Positions 11,690 to 24,269 of a DNA stretch of 55,041 nucleotides are shown piece by piece. The DNA is from Macrostomum lignano (lineage: Eukaryota). The first letter of the stretch is position 1. Each line of letters starts with the position of its first letter. The translations under genes were made by a program, and so were the position numbers. Below the pieces are notes generated by a model, which saw only the letters and a program-made list of their open reading frames with translations, searched no databases and had not been told where the DNA came from. The stretch lies in the NCBI GenBank assembly GCA_002269645.1, contig NIVC01000661.1:149795-204835 (forward strand), given 5' to 3'.

Positions 11690-12265
11690 GTGATGTATTA
11701 TCAGTAGTGTCAGTAGGATCGGTAGTGTGAGTAGTGTCAATAGTATAAGTAGTGGCAGTAATATCAGTAGTGTCAGTAGTATTGGTAGTATCAGTAGTAT
11801 TGGTAGTATCAGTAGTATTGGTAGTATCAGTAGTATTGGTAGTATCAGTAGGGCCAGTAGTATCAGTAGTATAAGTAGTATCATTCAGTAGGGCCAGTAG
11901 TATCAGTAGGGCCAGTAGTATCAGTAGTATAAGTAGTATCATTCAGTAGGGCCAGTAGTATCAGTAGGGCCAGTAGTATCAGTAGTATAAGTAGTATCAT
12001 TCAGTAGGGCCAGTAGTATCAGTAGGGCCAGTAGTATCAGTAGAGCCAGTAGTATCAGTAGGGCCAGTAGTATCAGTAGAGCCAGTAGTATCAGTAAGAG
12101 CCAGTAGTATCAGTAGGGCCAGTAGTATCATTCATTAGGGCCAGTAGTATCAGTAGAGCCAGTAGTATCAGTAAGAGCCAGTAGTATCAGTAGAGCCAGT
12201 AGTATCAGTAGAGCCAGTAGTATCAGTAGAGCCAGTAGTATCAGTAGAGCCAGTAGTATCAGTAG
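11690..12265. repeat. 9/18-bp minisatellite CAGTAGTAT / CAGTAGGGCCAGTAGTAT
   Basis: Tandem units ending about 45 bp before the TIMM10 acceptor. Confidence 0.95.
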
Positions 12266-12310
12266 TTCCTGTGACTGCACTAACAATGCAAAGCTTGGCC
12301 CAACTTTCAG

Positions 12311-12664
12311 TCTTGGTTCGGTCTCGGTGGCGGCTCTCAGCAGCAGGCGGGGCGGCCGCCTAGCGGTTCGCCAGACGAGCGGCTGCTAGTGAGCCAGCAG
12401 ATGCTGGAAGTTGAGATGATGCAGGATCTCTATAACAGAGTGATGGAGTCGTGCAACACCAAATGCGTGCAGCCCAGCTATAATGACACGGAACTAACCA
12501 AAGCCGAGGCTGTTTGCATCGACCGCTGCGTTGCCAAATACATGGAGCTGCACGAGGTTGTCGGTAACAAACTGCAGCAGATATCCCAGCAGCAGTCGGA
12601 CACCGCGGCTAAGGCTGCTGCAGCTGTACAGCAGAGCGGAGCTGCCAGACCTACTGGAAGTTGA
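12311..12664 (+). CDS. TIMM10: Mitochondrial intermembrane-space small Tim chaperone Tim10, main coding exon; start codon lies on an upstream exon
   Basis: After acceptor CAACTTTCAG (12310) the frame reads SWFGLGGGSQQ...LEVEMMQDLYNRVMESCNTKCVQPSYNDTELTKAEAVCIDRCVAKYMELH. It has the twin CX3C motif and the LEVEMMxDxYNR signature of Tim10. Confidence 0.93.
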   Translation, partial: SWFGLGGGSQQQAGRPPSGSPDERLLVSQQMLEVEMMQDLYNRVMESCNTKCVQPSYNDTELTKAEAVCIDRCVAKYMELHEVVGNKLQQISQQQSDTAAKAAAAVQQSGAARPTGS

Positions 12665-12811
12665 ATGCTTATCTCTCTTTATTGCTTTGCCTTTGATCAA
12701 GTGGCATTTGCTTGTGCATCGATTGGTGTTTTTCATAGTTTAGCGAGATAAGAGTCGCGTTCCAGTTCCTTAGTCATCTCACTTGACCCTTAATTACAGT
12801 TAGAGTGTGCT

Positions 12812-13135
12812 TTTCACTGTCCCCCTCTCACTGTCTCCCTCTCACTGTCTCCCTCTCACCCTGTCTCCCTCTCACCCTGTCTCCCTCTCACTGTCTCCCT
12901 CTCACTGCCTCCCTCTCACCCTGTCTCCCTCTCACTGTCTCCCTCTCACTGTCTCCCTCTCACTGTCTCCCTCTCACCCTGTCTCCCTCTCACCCTGTCT
13001 CCCTCACACTGTCTCCCTCTCACTGTCTCCACCCTTTCACCCTGTCTCCCTCTCACTGTCTCCCTCTCACTGTCTCCACCCTTTCACCCTGTCTCCCTCT
13101 CACTGTCTCCCTCACACTCCCTGCCCCCCATAACG
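12812..13135. repeat. 14-16-bp pyrimidine-rich minisatellite CTCACTGTCTCCCT
   Basis: Tandem units downstream of the TIMM10 stop. Confidence 0.93.
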
Positions 13136-15003
13136 TCTCCCTCTCACCCTTTATCTCTCTCACAATGTCTCCCTCTCACCCTCTTTTCTCGTCTCATAGC
13201 CTCATTATCGCCCCTGTCTCCCTCACTTTCCACCTCTTTACTACAAGCCTTCCTTCATTTTACGAGTATATGTTCCTAAATATTGACTTTGGCTGAGAAC
13301 GTATGTTCGTTTAAAGCAATAAAATTGAAATAGACTCGAAGCCACCCTAGACTGGAGCCTAATCAAGCATTTGTGCATCTTCAACTTATGTTTGGTTTGT
13401 ATATTCCTTCGTATTGTTGAGGAATGAGCTTGTTTATTTAAGACCTTTGTTACCGACATTTCCTGTGTAGGACAAACATCATTGTGTCTGAACTTCTTAG
13501 CTTAAATTTAGTCTAAAAACTTTGCTGAAATAAATCAATTCGACCCTACGAACTAATAGAAGATTGATCTTCCGTTGGTATTTTAATAAAATAATTTTTT
13601 GGCTTGTATGCACACTACTTGCCAGCAATCAAGTGAGTAGTGCATATTGATTTTTTAAACGAATTACTGTTTTAACTTTCTTTGTCATTTATTTTATTAT
13701 TAGTTAAGCTAATTGACTTGATTCTATGTTCCCGGGCTTTCGGGTTTTTAATGATCGGCATAAATATAATAATTAATTAAATTGTTCGCGTCCTTCAAAC
13801 GGCATTTAAGCTATTGCAGTGTATTTATTTTCTTAACACAAAAAACAGCTGCATATATGTCCAGACACAAAACGGTGATAGTAAATGAAGATTGCAGGTG
13901 CTAATGATGAGGTAACGGTTTTCTAGATGCATCGCCTGCTGTCATGTTTCTCCAAGTGCAGAATTGTTTGAAAAAATAATTATTTTAAATTGAGGTTGGT
14001 TTTCCCGCGGAGGAGTGGGGGAGACTAATTAAATGTAAGTGAAATTCGCGCTGTTATGCTTAATCTAGACCCTCCTGTCTGTGGGTTGTTGCTTAATGAG
14101 GCCTAAGCCATTGACAATTTAACTAGAAGGCTGATAGGTGGGAAGTTTTCAGTTTTCTTAGCACTAAATCGAGAAATGTAGCGAGCGTATTTGTGTTTTG
14201 TCTGAGGTTGACCAACAGGTTTGTCAAAGCTTTTAATGAGCAAAGTTCCGGCAAAGTTTGAGTTGCTCCTGACTTTTATAGTGTAGTTTTCTCACGGGCA
14301 ACCGAAGTAGGACGCAATATTGGTTTTTTGCATTCTAAATCAGCCTACAAGCAACCAATCTCAGACAGAACATAGCACACAGTGTTAGCTAGGGCTGGGC
14401 TTTGACCATAGACATGCTCTCTTTTATCAAAATATCTCATACGAATAGTTTATCTGAATGCTACGGTCTTCAAATCACCATAATATCTTGAATCCAGTGC
14501 AGGAAATGACATAGAGCATGTGGATATGTACTTGTGTTCTTTGGATGAGATAGATTGCTCGTAGGCCGACTTTAATTGTTGAAAAAGGTAGCATGTCTGT
14601 GGTCAAAACCCAGTCCTGGCTAACACCTATATGTCATTTTATTTTTACGACTAAACGACTCTGGGGTGACACAAGTGACTCTGGGATGCTTCTCGGCCTG
14701 GATACTGTTTTCATCGGGTGTTATTTTGAGCTTTTTTTGACAAGCTTGAGAATCAACCTCCGAAAAAGCACCGGTGCATGCTTTGTTTGCAGTTCAAAAT
14801 TTCAGGTGATTTCTTTTAACTTTTAGTGATTGATAAACTCAAGCGTCTTTCTACTTTTCCTTTTCATGATTGCCTCGGCCCTCTGCTAAATACCGGTATG
14901 CCCCACTAAATATCATTATTCACAGATTATACTGGTATAGTTGTGATAAAAATTGTAACATCGGTCACTGACTGTGAGCCGTGAAGCGGCACCTCCCGGC
15001 GGC

Positions 15004-17793
15004 TCAGCTGCAGCTGCACTTGCAGCTTCGCAGCACCTGCATGCTCTGCCTCACCCAGCGGCACTGCGACCTGTGCCAGTGTCTGGCGCACAGGTAGCGC
15101 AGCACGTACAGCCGGCGCTTCCTGTCTGGTTGGCAGCGCATTCCACTGGGGATGGAGCAACTGCCGCTGGGAGGCTGCCGGCACTCGCCTTGTCGGAGCC
15201 AGCGCGGCCAGAACGCCTTGCCGAGGTCGCGCCAGCCAGGCGCCACCCGACAGGCCGTGGCCTCCAGCAGGTAGCGTCGAAGCCGACGACGCTGTGGTCG
15301 GCGAAGGAAGGCCAGCTGTTTGTTCTTTTCGTCCCGACGGCGGCGAGCGCGGCGACTGGCGCGATGTCGCCTCCGTCTGAGGTGCTTGGAGGAGCGGCGC
15401 GGCACCATCAGCAGCTGCTCGAGACTCGGCTTCTGGCCGCGACGCCCGCCTCTGTCGTCATCGTCGTCCCCTTCATCATCCGCGACGTCATAGTAGTCGT
15501 AGTCCTTGTCGTAAGTCGCCGAGTGTCTGCTGCCCCACTTGTTAGCGGCTTCTGGCGGCCTCTCGAATCGCATGTATCGAGGCAGGTAGTTGGACAGGCC
15601 TGGATGGGTTGGAATTCGCAAACAGGGATGCGTCAGGAAGCTTTTGACAGAATTGTTACTTTGTTATTGCGTATGTCTCCTTGATTCAAAACTGTAACGA
15701 GGTTTGTTTTGAAGCAACTGGAAGTCCCTTCCTTGCTCGATCACCATCTGTAATTAATGAGGCATCTTGCTAAGCTAGTGTTGCTAAGGACATCGCTATC
15801 TGGTTCTGTTAGAGCACCTGGCTGCCGAGCAAACTAAGGCATACGAGTATGTAGTGAGAAGCATTTATATTACGATCCTGAGGCTCGTAAATTGCAAGGC
15901 ATGTACTGCATAGAACAGTCTTTATCTAGACTTGAATGTGCTCTCTCATGCCGATTAGTCACTATATAATGCTCAAGTCACGCTTGATAGAAGAAAGCTT
16001 GACGTGACTCAATAACAAAATGGAAGCTTAGATAATTTTGTGCATCTCATCCATCAGGCCCTATAGTATAATAATAAGCTTTCGGGAATTATATAAAAAT
16101 GCTTAGTCAGTCGAGGCTTAAGATAAATGATGAGCTATGAGTCACGCCTTGGAGTTTTACTGAGAGAATACACGAGACTATATGTACGAGCCATTTATAT
16201 TCATTTTTCCTGTGTCCGCACCAATTAGCAAATACTTTGGAGTTTTTGCTGGATAATTAATTGCATGGCCTCTAAGGATGGTCGAGTCAGAAAAAAGGTT
16301 GTTCAAAACGTTTTGAGTGTCTCTGCGCTGGTAGCGCAGCAGCAGCGACGTGAGGGGCGTGAACAATTTGTTGCCTTCCGTGTTGGGAACGTAGCAGGGC
16401 TTCCTAATAAAAAGCGGTACCTGCTAATGCTTTTAAATCGTCCGAGTTTGCGAGAGAAAAACAAAAATAGGCCATTTAGCGGCCGCCAAAGCCGTCATTC
16501 TTCTTTATTGGCTGTTTGCCGACTGTGGCGCTTGTTATGGACTGGCTGGGCCCCTCCCCGTACGCACAGAACTGGTTTTGACACCTACCAGACCTCCAGC
16601 CCCCCTTAAACGGAGCAATTAGCGCTTGTGTCGCCGTGAGCCTCGCCACCCTATCTGAATTTCGTGTCAGCCCCGGCGCCTGACTGTCGGGACTCGCGGT
16701 ACCAATGCACTGCAACAGGCCACGGGCGCTATTTACGAGCTAAGACTGGCATTTAAGGCCTGCTTTCTTAGAAAACAAGCAATTTGAGCTACAGATTTGA
16801 CTTACTTACGACCCAGCATTTGTTGTTAGGTCAGCAGCTTTTACCAAGGTTAACTGACAAATTAACTAATTAATTAACTAATTTGCTAACTAATTACTGA
16901 TGAACTTCAATTATTTTGCTAGACCCGCGATTGGCAATTTGCGTTTTAACTAATTTCAGTCCACAAAGCGGCACTTTTTTCAACAGTCATTTTATGTTAA
17001 CCATAATTTATCTCACTTTCTTAAAGACAAATAATGGCCTTCAAAGTTACAGCCTGTTGCGTTTTTTCTTATCTGTTGTTTCTTTTTCTGTGCTTGTTAA
17101 TATTGTTAATTGGTAACTTTACTGCTTGAAGCTGTCCTAAACTTAACATGAATTCTCTATTCATTTTTTTCATGAATTGGGTTGGTATAATGGCCTGTCA
17201 GTTAACTTTAAAAGCTTGCGTCTGTCTGGTCCCGTTGGTTTTTGGTGTCTTATGGGCTTTTAGCAGGTTCAGCAGTTTTAATTGAGCCTTGCGGTCTTGA
17301 GAGTTGAATCTCGCACCAAAGCATTTCTTTTGCACTTGAGGCTTGTGTTTACACTGACTCACGGATACTCGCTTTGATGTGGTTTGTGGTTTGTCAGGCA
17401 TTTTACTGCTTTCTCACCAAGCAGCTCGATCATTTGTCCCGGCCGCATCAGCACCTCCTCCAGGCGATAGTCTTGCTCTTCGAATGGCACGTCAGTAGCG
17501 GCAGTCGACGGAGCAGAGTCGCTGCTCGGCTGCTTGGGCTGCAGCAGCGGCAGCTCCGGTTTCGGCTTCCTGTTAGCGTACCTGTGATCGTACTTGGCCT
17601 GGTTGAACAGCAGGCGTTGCCAAGAGTCGCTGCTAGCGTTGGACGATGCGCTGCCAGTGGGTGTGAGCGCCACCGCTGCCACGCCAGAGTCCTCGGCTGG
17701 TGAGCCGCTAGCTGAGAGGCCGAATACCAGCAGGCTGATCAAAATGGACGGAGTGGCCAGCAGATGCCGAACACCTGTCGCTTTTCGAGCCAT
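15004..17793 (-). CDS. NOG: Noggin (secreted BMP antagonist, cystine knot), 323 aa; exons 17418-17793 and 15004-15599
   Basis: Signal-peptide-like N-terminus and clip-like RKPKPELPLLQ. The phase-1 splice CTTG|GTGAGA...CCATCCAG|GC gives MIELLG-LSNYLPRYM. The C-terminus CRVAPGWRDLGKAFWPRWLRQGEC...SCSIPSGMRCQP...VLRYLC...QCRW...CKCSC has the nine-cysteine noggin pattern. Confidence 0.92.
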
Positions 17794-19540
17794 CTCGATG
17801 CAATTTTAGAATCGAATTTTTTTATGCAATGGCTGTATCAGTCAAATATATACGCAGGCCTTGGAGCTGAGTGAGTACTGCCTAGGTGCGGCTTTGGTGC
17901 CGTGACTCTCCGCGGGGGCTGAAATGCTCAATAATATAAGAGTCGTATATTTGAGCCAGACGGACAAACGGCCGGACGGTGCTAAAAACGCGCCAAACCT
18001 CAAGAGCCAGTAAATCTATCTATGCGCTGTCTCCCGCCGCTGGCGCCAACTCTTGTATTGGACTTGAAAATTCCTTCGGCCTCAGGCAGAGGAGAGTTCA
18101 AAGCTCCTTCTTCTTAGTCTCCTATTGGGTTTGATCTCGACACGACGCACCGCCGCGCAGGAGACTCTTGTAACTCCCCAAAATCTGCCTGTCTCTCCTC
18201 TCTCCGCTGGCGACTGCGTGAGCGATTTGGTTGGCTGTCTGAAGCTGCATGGCTCCGCGTCTGCCAGCCTATGGCTGTGGCGTGCAGGCTAACGTTGATG
18301 TCGCTGCTCCAGACAGTGCGTCGCCCTCGCAGATTTCAGACTCCAGTCTGCCCTATTTTTAACTTTGTCCATATAAAATCTTTCTTCTGGATACATGCGA
18401 CCCACTCCTCCATTCGTATCTTGTGGAGAAGAGCTTAGCTCTGTATAATTACTCAGGTAAACACAGTAGCCAGGTAATTAAAAACCCCGTCGGCACCTGT
18501 TTTATTTGGCCCGCAGTCCAGACGGTTTGCCTACCTGAAAAAGACTTGCTAACGACTCTCTTGGGTGGGCTGCATTAACGATCAGTTTTGTCTGAGTCTG
18601 CGGCCTCTCAAGCGAAACAATGCAAAGTTATTAGCAGACACGCAGTCACCAGAAGAAATCATCTACGATTTTTTTCTTTCCCCGTTTGTCGATTGCCATA
18701 GGCGAGAAAGCAGCAACAACACCTGGACGTGACGCCAGGCAGACTGGTGCATCCCGACTGGTCAGGGGCGGAGGGTAGGCAGAGAAATCACTGACTGCAT
18801 GCAGCTGGAGGCGAGGAGGGGCGGCTTGGCATGGCTGGCGAAATGAGCTGAGGGCGCCACTGAGGCGGCGGCGGCGGCGGCGGCGGCCGTGGCTGGAGGC
18901 GCCATGCAGCTGAAACTGCCGACCGGCCACTCTCCCTAGGGCGCTCCTGCAGCTCCCCTTCGTGCCTCCCTTCACTCATTCACTTTCACTGGCCCGGCCC
19001 GCCTTGTAAACAATCTCTCTCTCTGTGTTTCGTTAACCTTTTTTTATATTTCACCTACAGGCGCGATAAGAAGGGGCCGTTTCTCTCGCTCTCTCTCTCT
19101 CTGTGGCGGCTCAGAGAGAATTCACGGGTCCCCTTTTTGCTAACTTTCTGTCTTGTCCACGCGGTGTGAATCGAGGAAGCTAACATTCCTCTGGCGCGAT
19201 ATGACATAACTAACTTTAACACTGACGCGGTATAGCAGCGAAGTCGTAAATTAAAAGCTGTTTTAGTTGAAAGAAAGTGAAACCATCTGCTGGCTTCGAA
19301 CGCTCGCGGATCGTCGTCGCATTAATTAACTTGAGGGCTCGCACTCAGAAATTGGTGTAGGGCTGGCGGTGACTCTTCTGGAGGCTGGCAAGCTGGGGAA
19401 TTGAGAAAAATCGCGTTTAAGACGAAATAATAATTTTGGTAAAAGCATCTATCAATCGATGCATCATGGCAGAAAGTTTTTAATCCGTTTGAAATGTTAC
19501 GTGTTACTGTCGCTATTAAAATATATTGACTTATACACAT

Positions 19541-19965
19541 GGCTTCTATCATGTTTCTTAAATACACATGACTTCTATCATGTTCCTAGAATGCACATGG
19601 CTTCTATCATGTTCTGTGAATACACACATGACTTTTATCATGTTCCTTGAATGCACATGACTTCTATCATGTTTCTTAAACACACATGACTTCTATCATG
19701 TTCCTTGAATGCACATGACTTCTATCATGTTTCTTAAATACACATGACTTCTATCATGTTCCTAGAATGCACATGGCTTCTATCATGTTCTGTGAATACA
19801 CACATGACTTTTATCATGTTCCTTGAATGCACATGACTTCTATCATGTTTCTTAAACACACATGACTTCTATCATGTTCCTTGAATGCACATGGCTTCTA
19901 TCATGTTCTTTGAATTCACATGGCTTCCATCATGTTCCTTGAATGCACATGACTTCTATCATGTA
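19541..19965. repeat. About 30-bp minisatellite ACATGACTTCTATCATGTT(C/T)CTT(G/A)AAT(G/A)C
   Basis: Tandem units. Confidence 0.93.
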
Positions 19966-20942
19966 CAGCTTCTCTTGTCCTCAAAAGCCACATGACACTA
20001 CTTTGATAGCCACTAAATAGTCATAAGTTTTCTCATGCTCAATTTCCTAATGTTTTCCAAAAAAGCAAGTCATTTTTATTCTGATTATTATTTGAATATC
20101 CTTAAAACGCTACTGATTGACTGAGTAGTCACACGTGTTTCTGCTAAGCTCTTCTCTATTTAAGTAGAAACGTACCAGTACGCTCCTAGCAAGCATCTTT
20201 GAGGCTAAAAACCAACTGCACTTTAAAGCTTAACTCGGGAAAGGAAACTGAAAGCAAAAGACTCTGTGCTCAAAGCGCTCTGCACGCCTCGCGCTTTTGG
20301 CAACAAACGGGAAGTTTCACTTTTCACGTTGAAAGCTTCTTTTTTTGAAAGCCAAGCCGGGTTGGCGTATATAATGGACAAGAATGGACTAGAATTTGCC
20401 TCGCGCCGTGCCTTGAGAGTCGTGATTGAGTCTGCTGCCCTGGCTGGCTGGATCGCGACCGCACCTACGGCCGTATTCTGGCCTCCAGGAATCATTTGGC
20501 AAGTGTTTCCGAGAGAGAGCCATATGCACAGAATGGAAAAGGATCGTTAAAAGGGGTCGCTATATGCTGTGTGCTGTGCCATTGTCAGCAAACAATCTGC
20601 AATCTGCCTCGCTCTGAATGCGTTTCCCAAGTCCTTCTGGAATTTTTACTGAAAGCTTTCACAGTGCAGGACTGAATGGTAGGGCAAAGAAGTGTTTTTT
20701 TAGTTGCCTCAACAAATATTTCTGTCCTCTGCGGACTTTTGTTGGTCTTCTTCTAAGAAAGCTTCAGTTGCGAGAGCTAGCAAACAGTTTGCAATTTTTT
20801 TCTTTAAAGAAATCTGACCCAGCCGGGTGCAAACATTGTCTTACCGGCTGCGCCTGCCGTGCTGAACTGCAACTCGCCTATCAATCATCCTGATCTGCTG
20901 CGGCTGAACTTTGGGTCTTTTTAACTGCTTGTCAGCTTGTTG

Positions 20943-21438
<496 letters not shown>

Positions 21439-22416
21439 TTACCTCAGTTTTCTGTCAATCTATTTCCATTACAATCCATCACCTATTTCCGCTGTCATAA
21501 TCTCATACTATATTTCTCCAACGAAAACTCAGCCAGTTTTTATTAAAGCGCCGCCTCTTCCTTCCCCATTAGTTCCACAAATATCCCATACTACTTTTAA
21601 AGGCTTCCTCTGAGCAAATACTCGTATTGTGGGAATATCTGTTTGCAAGCATTCCATGAGTGGATGGAAGCTGCGTGGGCTCCACGTACCGTGGTGGGTC
21701 GTGAAATGAATTCACAGAATTCACACTGGTGTGAATTGTCACGGGTAGTTGTCATGTTTACTCTGCGTCCTTTTTTAAAGGCTTTGTTAAAAAAGAGAGT
21801 GTGAATGCCTGACGGAATCCCTATCTGAGCGTATGTGCCTGAACAGAACATACAAATGTCTTTCTGCCATAGACACTTAAATAACTAACCGTTGTTGTTG
21901 CTCAATAGAAGTTTGGCCATAGACAGTTTGAGCTTAGGATCAGTTTTGACTGGGTACATACTGAATATACTGAATATCATCAGTGGCCAAACGCTATACT
22001 CAAGACAACTGCAAGACAACAGTCTATGACTCAAACGTCTTACAGGTGAGCAGACCTAATCTTATCCCCTAGAAGCTACATGTATCAAGGTACAGATACA
22101 ACTGAGATAAATCTTGCAAAAAAAATTGTAACCAAAGCAGACCTTTAATTACCTGGCGCCGCAGCGCAGTGCAATAAAAAATAAATCTAATAAATTGTGG
22201 ATAAAAACGAGACCCATCTGCAACCGGGTCTTCTGCACCGAAGCTAACCATTAGCAATGCTCTCACTGGCTGTCGTAGCCCCTAACCAATCAGAACCGCA
22301 GACAAGCAAGGAACGCGCGCACTAAACCATTTCCCTATCACGGCAATATAATCTAAATTATTGTTGAGAACAAATCTGCTATGGACTAGAGATTGACAGC
22401 TACTCAACTGACAGAC

Positions 22417-23973
22417 ATGCCGCCTGAGCTGCTGCTGCTTGTGCTGATCAACCAGCTGACTGGCTCCACAGCCATCACCATCTTCGGCAGCAGTTGCAGC
22501 ACTGCATTCGTTGAAGAGCCGCACGCCTTCTGCGTGTTCCCCTCACAGGGACCCGAGGGCAGCATCAGTCAGTGCCAGCACACCGGCCACGGTCCCGACG
22601 CCTGGTGGTGCCCCACGACGCGCAAGTACTGCACAGATGCCGCGTACAAGTGGTGCCCGGACACCAGGACCACCTATGCTGGCAGCGACCCGGGCAGGGA
22701 GTGCCACTTCCCCTTCTGGTACAAGGGCGTGGAGTACCGCCACTGCCTGCGGCTGGATGCCAGGGGTTCGTTAATTTTGCTGCTCGGTCTTGAGAAGCTG
22801 CGGGCGACTCTGGGGCTGTCTCTGCTCCTGGATCCCCTCTCTACCTACCTTATCTTTTCTCACCCCTATCTCTCCTCTCCTCATATCTCCCCAATCTCCT
22901 CTCTCTTCTATTTACTCTCCCTCATCTCCCTCTCTCCCTCATCTCCCTCTCTCATCTCCTTCTCTCCCTCATCCCCCCTCTCCCTCATCCCCCCTCTCCC
23001 TCATCACCCTCTCCCTCTCTCCCTCATCTCCCCCTCTCCTTCATCCCCCCTCTTCCTCACCTCCCCATCTCCGCCATCTCCCCTTGCCCCCAGCTTCCCC
23101 TCTCCATCCCAGCGAACATATACATTTGACACCCCAACGCATCCACCGGCAGGCAGCTTCCTGTGGTGCTCCACCACCGCCGGCAACTACTCGGGCCTGT
23201 GGACCCGCTGCCGCGAACTGCCCGACCTCATGCCGTGCCGTTTCGGTCAACCGACAGCGCAGATCAACTGGTCAAACTCCGACGACATCAGCCAGCAGTG
23301 CGTCCAGCGCGGCGTCGGCGACGCCAGCGGCGGCAGCTCGTGGTTCTGTCGAACAAGCCTGGGCCAGGAGCGCCGCTGCCCGGACACTGAGGCCACCGAG
23401 GCGGGAAACGACCCGGGCCGTCGCTGCCGGTTCCCCTTCAAGCTGAACGGCTCCTGGCACAGTCAGTGCGTGCCGAGCGGCGGCTCGGAGGAGGCCTTCC
23501 GCTGGTGTGCCACCACCGACAGCTATGACAGGGACCGGCTGTGGACCCGGTGCCGCCAACTGCGGCCTGGCGGACTTGGCGGACTGCGACTTCTGCTGCT
23601 GGTGGCCGGAGGCATCGTGACGGCCGCCTTCGCCGCTTCCTGCGTTCTCTACTGCTGCTGCGAGCCGTCGGCGCCCTGCCAGCGGCACCGGAGGCGCAAG
23701 CGGCTGCAGCAGCAGCAGCTCAGACGGCAACATCAAATCCAGCCGCCAGCAGCCGCCGTCACAAGGCCGGGCGGCAACAAAACTGCGGGTAGTCGGCGTC
23801 GTCCATTGTCGCCTACGGCGCCTCCACGCGTCGACGAGTCGGCGGCGGGCGTCTCGGAGTTGGAGTTCCGTCTGCCGACCTACGAGGAGGTCCTGGCGCT
23901 CTCGGTAGCAGAGCAGCAGCAGCAGCAGACGGCATTCAGTTTAGCCGCTGACTCACCTGGTGTACCGCTGTGA
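22417..23973 (+). CDS. Type I transmembrane protein with four fibronectin type II (FN2)-like modules, 389 aa; exons 22417-22765 and 23153-23973
   Basis: Signal peptide MPPELLLLVLINQLTGSTA. Canonical FN2 modules CHFPFWYKGVEYRHC...WCSTT...WTRC and CRFPFKLNGSWHSQC...WCATTDSYDRDRLWTRC, plus two degenerate ones. TM segment LLLLVAGGIVTAAFAASCVLY, then CCC and cytoplasmic LPTYEEV. Removing GT..AG intron 22766-23152 restores a contiguous FN2 module. Confidence 0.85.
   Translation: MPPELLLLVLINQLTGSTAITIFGSSCSTAFVEEPHAFCVFPSQGPEGSISQCQHTGHGPDAWWCPTTRKYCTDAAYKWCPDTRTTYAGSDPGRECHFPFWYKGVEYRHCLRLDARGSLILLLGLEKLRATLGLSLLLDPLSTYLIFSHPYLSSPHISPISSLFYLLSLISLSPSSPSLISFSPSSPLSLIPPLPHHPLPLSLISPSPSSPLFLTSPSPPSPLAPSFPSPSQRTYTFDTPTHPPAGSFLWCSTTAGNYSGLWTRCRELPDLMPCRFGQPTAQINWSNSDDISQQCVQRGVGDASGGSSWFCRTSLGQERRCPDTEATEAGNDPGRRCRFPFKLNGSWHSQCVPSGGSEEAFRWCATTDSYDRDRLWTRCRQLRPGGLGGLRLLLLVAGGIVTAAFAASCVLYCCCEPSAPCQRHRRRKRLQQQQLRRQHQIQPPAAAVTRPGGNKTAGSRRRPLSPTAPPRVDESAAGVSELEFRLPTYEEVLALSVAEQQQQQTAFSLAADSPGVPL
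22850..23105. repeat. CT-rich low-complexity repeat in the FN2 gene intron
   Basis: Imperfect CTCTCCCTCATCTCC units. Confidence 0.8.
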
Positions 23974-24269
23974 TCCCAGAAGAACCACTGCCCCATTCCT
24001 TAGCACAGTCAAAATTGTCCCCTGCATTGTCTTTCGCATCGGCTGTGAATCTGCTTTCAATTCGAGGCAACTGTTAGAGCAGAATTATCTTAAAACTGCT
24101 TTCGCGCGTTTAGCTAAGAGTATTAATTAATAGTGCATAATGTACTTCAACGTGCTTTTATACTTGTATTTCCACTGTCTATAAAACTTGCCGAGCCTAA
24201 ATTGTTGAAGACTGTTCAGCTTAGCTTTGCTTTTTGATCATATAAGACTCAACTGAGTTTCAGTGTGTG

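Noticed and set aside
14974-15684. 236-aa plus-strand ORF
   Set aside because: Antisense shadow of the GC-rich noggin exon; similar shadows overlap the FN2 and LENG8 exons.
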